This document shows, in pieces, positions 10,338-15,963 of a DNA stretch of 15,963 nt. How positions within the stretch are numbered: position 1 is the first letter of the stretch; every line of letters starts with the position of its first letter. Source of the DNA: Octopus sinensis. Taxonomy: Eukaryota. The stretch spans positions 1-15,963 of the forward strand of contig NW_021825356.1 in the NCBI RefSeq assembly GCF_006345805.1, in the 5' to 3' direction. The notes under the pieces are model-generated. The model worked only from the letters and a program-made list of their open reading frames with translations, was not told where the DNA came from and ran no database searches. A program made the position numbers and the translations under genes.

Positions 10338-10736
10338 GGCGGCGAGCTGGGAGGAACCTTAGCACGCCAGGCGAAATGCTTAGCGGTATTCCGTCTGCTG
10401 TTACGTTCTGAGCTCAAATTTCACTGAGATCGACTTTGCCTTTCATCCTTTCGGGGGTCGATTAAATAAGTACCAGTTACGCACTGGGGTCGATATAATC
10501 GACTTGATACGTTTGTCTGTCATTGTTTGTTCTCTCTGTGTTTAGCCCCTTGTGGGTAGTAAAGAAATAGAAGAAGGTATTTAGTCCGTCTTTATGTTCT
10601 GACTTTAAACTCCGATGACGTCGACTTTGCCTTTCGTCATGTAACGAACGATAAAATAAGTACCCGTTTAGCACTGGAGTCGATATAATCGACCTACACC
10701 TTCGCCCCTTTTGTGTTTATTGTAGAAAGGATTATT
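10338..10736 (+). mobile_element. SINE A head, one ~186-bp unit and a terminal body with type-2 end (array 3)
   Basis: Head GGCGGCGAGCTGG at 10338 and unit start at 10385. The same linker ends GTAGTAAAGAAATAG, followed by a diverged body ending TGTAGAAAGGATTATT. Confidence 0.85.
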
Positions 10737-10738
10737 CC

Positions 10739-10862
10739 TTCAAATGCCGCCGAGGTCGACTTTGCCCTTCATCCTTTCAGAGTAACAATCATGTATAGGA
10801 GATCGATATCATTGACTTATACTCTGCCCTCAAAACTGCTGGCCTTGTGCTAAAATTAAACA
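10739..10862 (+). mobile_element. 5'-truncated SINE family A fragment
   Basis: Begins at TTCAAATGCCGCCGAGGTCGACTTTG and ends with type-1 CTGCTGGCCTTGTGCTAAAATT. Confidence 0.8.
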
Positions 10863-10977
10863 GTCACGTTATGGTTAGTTATGGTATGTTATGGTACGTT
10901 AAAATTTTGTTACGGTATCAGATACGACACTATATTCTATATTATGCTATACTGTGATATTTTTACTCTGTGTTAAA

Positions 10978-11177
10978 GCGGCGAGCAGGTAGAATCGTTA
11001 TCACACCGATTAAAATGCTTAACAGCATTTCGTCCGTCTTTTCATTCTAACTTCAAATTGCCTTTCATCATTTTAGGGTTGATACAATAAGTACCAATTG
11101 AGCTCTGGGGTTGATGTAATCGAATTACACCCCGCCCCACTTCCGAACTAGCTGACCTTTTGCCAAGATTTGAAACC
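10978..11177 (+). mobile_element. SINE family A copy, type-1 end, internal deletion
   Basis: GCGGCGAGCAGGTAGAATCGTT head, end GCCAAGATTTGAAACC, (ATT)n tail to ~11253. Confidence 0.85.
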
Positions 11178-11195
11178 ATTATTATTATTATTATA

Positions 11196-11257
<62 letters not shown>

Positions 11258-11258
11258 A

Positions 11259-11650
11259 GGCGTAGGTGAGGCTGTGTGGTGAGTAGTTTGCTTACAAACC
11301 ACATGGTTCCGGGTTCAGTTCCACTGCGTGGCACCTTGGGCAAGTGTCTTCTACTATAGTCCCGGGCCGACCAAAGCCTTGTGAGTGGATTTGGTAGATG
11401 GAAACTGAAAGAAGCCCATCATATATATATATATGTGTATATGTTTGTGTGTCTGTGTTTGTCCCCCCAACATCGCTCGACAACCGATGCTGGTGCGTTT
11501 ACGTCCCCGTAACCTAGCGGTCGGCAAAAGAGACCGATAAAATAAGTACTAGTCTTACAAAGTATAAGTCCTGTTGTCGATTTGCTCGACTAAAGGCGAT
11601 GCTCCAGCATGGCCAGTCAAATGACTGAAACAAGAAAAACAGCCAAAGAG
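11259..11650 (+). mobile_element. tRNA-derived SINE family D (partial CORE-like motif, internal TA/TG repeat)
   Basis: Head GGCGTAGG..GGCTGTGTGGT, B-box-like GGGTTCAGTTCC, CACCTTGGGCAAGTGTCTT, GGAAACTGAAAGAAGCCC, internal (TA)(TG) tract, 3' CCAGCATGGCCA. A second copy lies at ~14040. Confidence 0.82.
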
Positions 11651-11685
11651 AGTATTATTATTATTATTATTATTACAATTATTAA

Positions 11686-11907
11686 GTCGGCGCGCTTGCA
11701 GAACCGTTAGCAACCCGGGCAACATGTTTTAGCGACGTTTCGTCCCTTTCACGTTCTGAATTCAAATTTCCTCCGCGGTTTCACTTTGCAGTTTATTGCT
11801 TCCCGTTTGATAATATAAGTACCAGCTGAAAACTTAGGTCGATATAATCACCTTACCCTGCCCCACCAAACTGCTGGGCTGGGCTGGGCTGGTACCAAAA
11901 TTTGAAA
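11686..11907 (+). mobile_element. Degenerate SINE family A copy, type-1 end
   Basis: TTGCAGAACCGTTAGCA head, TTCTGAATTCAAATTTCC, end ACCAAAATTTGAAA. Confidence 0.8.
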
Positions 11908-12147
11908 GCAATAGTTTATTGTATATTCCGTTAAGATAGGTTGTAGGCTATAATAGCTGATAGGATACGATATACTAAGTTTATTTTATGGTTTGCTGTG
12001 GTTTGTTATGCTAAAGGAATGCATATTATGAGAAATGTGTTATACTACATTGTATGAAGTTTACACCATGTTAGTTTATGATATGCCATAGTGTGATGTT
12101 ATACGCTTAAATGTGTTTATGCATTATGTCACGTTATGGTATTTATA

Positions 12148-12378
12148 GAAGGTGTTCGTAAATTATCTTTACAACTTCCGCGATTTACTGTATCTATTAA
12201 AGTTGAGATCGTCTAGAGGCGTTGCATGCAACCAACGGTGACTACGTGGAAGTATTCTGATGATTCTTACAAAACTTTATTTCTTTGCCTACGTTTTCCA
12301 ATAAACTTTGCTGAGCTATCCTTATTTTTCATTTTCTTCTGAATTTTTCAAATTGTAAAGGTAATTTATGGACGGACA
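12148..12378. mobile_element. Degenerate Tc1/mariner-like MITE
   Basis: 24-bp inverted repeat with 4 mismatches: GTTCGTAAATTATCTTTACAACTT (12154-12177) and AAATTGTAAAGGTAATTTATGGAC (12350-12373). TA dinucleotides flank at 12146-12147 and 12379-12380. No transposase. Confidence 0.7.
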
Positions 12379-12684
12379 TATTTTCCCATGCCATTGACTG
12401 TTACGTAGTGCTATTATCGTACGCTATGGTATGTTACGCTATGTTATTGTAACGGTGGTTGTTATTGTATATATATAGATGAGTATGTATATTTTCTGCG
12501 TGCGAGTTCGTTCTTGTGCGTGTATATGGGTGCTTCTATGGGCATCTGTGTATATTGTTCGATTTGTGAGGCCATTGAAATAGGTAAAATCTTTCCTGCT
12601 CATATGGACGTATACACTATATCTTATGTTAGGTTACGCTATATTTTCCCGCACACACAAACACACACACATACACACACACAC

Positions 12685-12736
<52 letters not shown>

Positions 12737-12852
12737 CACACATAATGTAAGGACAATGGAGATTTTGAACACAGAAAAATCAATTTATTATTATAATAGT
12801 CAATATATATATATATACATATACACATATGTGTGTGTGTGTGTGTGTGTGT

Positions 12853-13138
12853 GGAGGCGCAATGGCCCAGTGGTTTGGGCAGCGGACTCGCGGTCGTAGG
12901 ATCGCGGTTTCGATTACCTGACCGGGCGTTCTGGGTGTTTATTGAACGAAAACACCTAAAAGCTCCACGAGACTCTGGCAGGGGGGGGACGATCCCTGCT
13001 GTACTCTTTCGCTACAACTTTCTCTCACTCTTTCTTCGGCGGAGTGCTGTCTTTTGAAGGCTAAAACAATGCGAAGCGCATTGTGACCAGCGATGTGTGG
13101 CAACATCTGATAGCCTGGTCGGTCACGAGATAACGTGA
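12853..13138 (+). mobile_element. tRNA-Arg-like SINE family E, copy 1
   Basis: GGAGGCGCAATGGCCCAGTGG (A-box), GGACTCGCGGTCGTAGGATCGCGGTTTCGATT resembling a tRNA-Arg(TCG) anticodon arm and T arm, and an (ATAC)n tail. High similarity to 13691-14002, with a ~20-bp internal deletion. Confidence 0.88.
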
Positions 13139-13163
13139 ATATACATACATACATACATACATC

Positions 13164-13435
13164 CAAGGTGGACCAAAAGTCACAAACAAAATAAATTCAA
13201 TATCTTCTTGGATAAAATAAAGTAAATGTTGAATATAAACGTTCTTGTACATGATGAACAGAATGAATGGATGATAATAATAATAATAATAATCCTTCTT
13301 ACTATAGGCTCAGGGCTATGATTTTCGTGGGGAGGGAGACAGTGGAGCACATCGACCCCAGTAGTCAACTGGTACATAGTGGAATATAAATAAAATGTCA
13401 AATGTTTTGGTATGTGACTTTTGGCCAACCATATG
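13164..13435. mobile_element. Degenerate Tc1/mariner-like MITE containing a nested SINE fragment
   Basis: 21-bp inverted repeat with 3 mismatches: GGTGGACCAAAAGTCACAAAC (13167-13187) and GTATGTGACTTTTGGCCAACC (13410-13430). AT-rich interior; outer boundaries approximate. Confidence 0.68.
13275..13377 (-). mobile_element. 5'-truncated SINE family A fragment, type-2 end, minus strand
   Basis: The reverse complement reads GTACCAGTTGACTACTGGGGTCGATGTG...GAGCCTATAGTAAGAAGGA plus (TTA)n. Confidence 0.82.
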
Positions 13436-13690
13436 TATGCGTATGTGTGTGAGTGTCTGCGCGCGCGTTCGTTTTTTATGTGTGTGTGTAATTTTCTAAA
13501 TATATGTATATATGTATATATTATGTTATACATTTCTGTATAGTATGTGCTGGCATACTGCATACCAATCGTGACCAAAGTACGGCCCGTATGAGCCATG
13601 TCTCATACGACCCGCTACGCGAGAAGCGTTGTGCATGCTTGTTGTATAATATAGCATTTCTAAACCATATCTTGTTACACAACGGTATAT

Positions 13691-14002
13691 GGAGGAGCAA
13701 TGGCCCAGTGGTTAGGGCAGCGGACTCGCGTTCGTAGGATCGCGGTTTCGATTCCCTGACCGGGCGTTGTGAGTGTTTATTGAGCGAAAACACCTAAAGC
13801 TCCACGAGGCTCCGGCAGGGGATGGTGGTGATCCCTGCTGTACTCTTTGGCCACAACTTTCTCTCACTCTTTCTTCTGTTGGCCTGCTCGCTTAGCCAGC
13901 GGGGTGGCGTCATTTGAAAGGCTAAAACAATGCGAAGCGCATTGTGACCAGCGATGTGTAGCAACATCTGATGGCTGGTCGGTCACTGTGTGATCACTGT
14001 GA
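13691..14002 (+). mobile_element. tRNA-Arg-like SINE family E, copy 2
   Basis: A-box TGGCCCAGTGG (13701-13711), B-box-like GGTTTCGATTCC (13744-13755), shared 3' GCGAAGCGCATTGTGACCAGCGATGTGT, (TA)n tail. Confidence 0.9.
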
Positions 14003-14039
14003 TATATATATATATACACTGTTGAGAAAGAGAGAGAGA

Positions 14040-14462
14040 GGTGACTGTGTGATGAAATATTTGCTTTCGGACCACATGGTCCTCGGTTCAGTTCCCCTGC
14101 GTTGCACGTTGAGCGAGTGCCTTCAACTATACCTTCGAACGGACCAACGCCTTGTGCGTGGCTTTGCCCGAAGGAAACTGAAAGAAGCCCATCGTGCATA
14201 AATATATGTTTAAATGTGTATGTGTATGTGTGTGCGTGGGTGTGTGTGTTTATATAGGTGTGTGTCTTTGTTTCTATGTTTGAACATAATCAACCGGGGT
14301 TGTTTTGTTTACGTCTCCGTAAGCACGGGAAAATGGTGTACGATAGCATTAGTACCAGGCTTGCAAAAGAACAAGAACTGGGGTCAGCTTCTTCGAATAA
14401 AAGCTCGCAGGTTTTGCCCCAGCATGGCCACAGTCCACTGACAGAGAAAAATAGATGAAAGA
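14040..14462 (+). mobile_element. Degenerate SINE family D, copy 2
   Basis: ACCACATGGTCC, GGTTCAGTTCCCCTGCG, GGAAACTGAAAGAAGCCCATC, internal TG tract and CCAGCATGGCCA, all colinear with 11259-11650. Confidence 0.78.
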
Positions 14463-14692
14463 TATACATATATGTATGTGTGTCTATGTGTGTATGTGTG
14501 TGTGTAATTAATAACTCATGATTAGTTACAATGTGGCATATTGTGTTGTGTGTGTGTGTGTATGTGTGTATATGTGTGTGTGCGTGTAGACACCGAAATA
14601 CGCGAGAAAATCTCTTAGTGATTCTCTTGTAGATGCACACACATTACACATGAATATGTTCATGTATGTAACCATATGTGGTGTGTATGTAT

Positions 14693-14742
<50 letters not shown>

Positions 14743-14839
14743 TCTTCAACATTCTACATGTATGTATATATATTTGTGTGTGTATGTATATATATCTATG
14801 ATATATACATACATATATATATATATATACCTAGTTATG

Positions 14840-14882
<43 letters not shown>

Positions 14883-14889
14883 TTATTTA

Positions 14890-15030
14890 GAGACAGACAG
14901 ACAGACAGGCAGGCAGACAGATAAATAGATAGATAGATAGATAGATAGATAGGTAGGTAGGTAGGTAGGTAGGTAGGTAGGTAGGTAGGTAGGTGGGTAG
15001 GTAGGTAGGTATGTATGTAGGTGGATGCAT
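14890..15030. repeat. Compound tetranucleotide repeat AGAC-AGAT-AGGT-ATGT
   Basis: Directly visible stepwise series. Confidence 0.9.
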
Positions 15031-15109
15031 GTATGTATATATAAATACGTGTGTACGCAAATTTATGTATACGTAATACACATATATATATACACGTATG
15101 TAGGTGGTC

Positions 15110-15176
15110 TGTGTGTTTGTGTGAATGTGTGTTTGTGTAAGTGTGTGTGTGTGTGTGTGCATGTGTGTGTGTGTGT

Positions 15177-15227
<51 letters not shown>

Positions 15228-15585
15228 TGTGTTAGCGTCTTAAAATCAAATTTATTTCCATTCTCCTATATTAATTGTTTTATGCTATTTCATAGTAATT
15301 ACTTTACCGGAATTATTTTGGCTTCTTTGATTTCTCAATAAATATATATAACCTCTCTCTCTCTAGCTCTAGCTCTCTCTCTCTCTATCTCTACCTCTCT
15401 CTATCTCTCGGTCTTTCTATCTCTTTCTCACCCGCTCTGTCTCTGTCTCTGTCTCTCTCCGTCTCTCTCTTTCTCTCTTTCTATCAATTTCTGTTTTTGT
15501 CCATCTCTCTCAATCACACTTTCTCTCGCACATTTTCTCTCTCCCTCTGTTCATCCATCCATTTCTCTTTTTCTCTATCTATCTA

Positions 15586-15648
<63 letters not shown>

Positions 15649-15718
15649 TCATATATCAGCCTGTCTGTCAGTCCCTTTCTCTCTCACACTCTCACACAAG
15701 TTCTCTCTCTCTATTTCC

Positions 15719-15757
<39 letters not shown>

Positions 15758-15963
15758 AGAAATAGATAGACTTATCTATCTATCTGCCTGTTCATTTCTC
15801 TCTCACACACTCACACACCTCCTCTTTCTCTCTCTCCCTCTCTCTCTATCTATTCATCTTCCTCTTTCTGTCTCTCTTTCTCTCTCCTTCTCTCTCTCTC
15901 TCTCCCTCTCTCTCTCTCTCTCACGGACTCCTTCTCTTACTCATTCTCTCTCTTTATCTCTCT
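15110..15963. repeat. (GT)n, then (CT)n/(ATCT)n microsatellite mosaic
   Basis: (GT)n ~15110-15230, CT-rich 15352-15963, (ATCT)n ~15575-15647. Confidence 0.9.

Noticed and set aside
8915-10570. Retrozyme (hammerhead-containing tandem repeat)
   Set aside because: The unit size fits, but by eye I found no CTGANGA/GAAA hammerhead core on either strand. An Infernal/Rfam scan would be needed to exclude other ribozyme classes.
8869-10736. CRISPR-like regular array
   Set aside because: Whole 184-bp units repeat with no unique spacers, there are no cas genes, and the context is eukaryotic.
12490-12650. Possible second exon (unique sequence with ATAG|GTAAAA at ~12583)
   Set aside because: No convincing acceptor, and the translation examined shows no anosmin-like motif.
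12853-13760. Functional tRNA-Arg genes at the family E heads (also the family C head at 6838)
   Set aside because: No acceptor stem is evident, the B-boxes are altered, and each continues into a shared SINE body and tail.

Overview
AT-rich, microsatellite-saturated eukaryotic DNA, most likely from an octopus; this rests on recalled resemblance of the SINE families and repeat landscape, not on a search. One credible coding exon lies on the + strand (3352-3537): signal peptide, then a C-x3-C motif (AQCRARC), then a phase-0 GTAAGG donor. It resembles the first coding exon of anosmin-1/KAL1. A GC-rich island at ~1020-1125 is the likely promoter or 5' end. Everything after 3537 appears to be one long intron with no further exon recognised. 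It holds four tRNA-derived SINE families (A, C, D, E; my labels), almost all on the + strand and stacked through (ATT)n tails. It also holds three SINE-headed arrays of a ~184-bp unit, two degenerate Tc1/mariner-like MITEs and many simple repeats. The other ORFs in the track look like translations of microsatellites or SINEs. I found no convincing novel biological system. The most unusual structures are the 184-bp SINE-derived arrays and the one-directional SINE stack.
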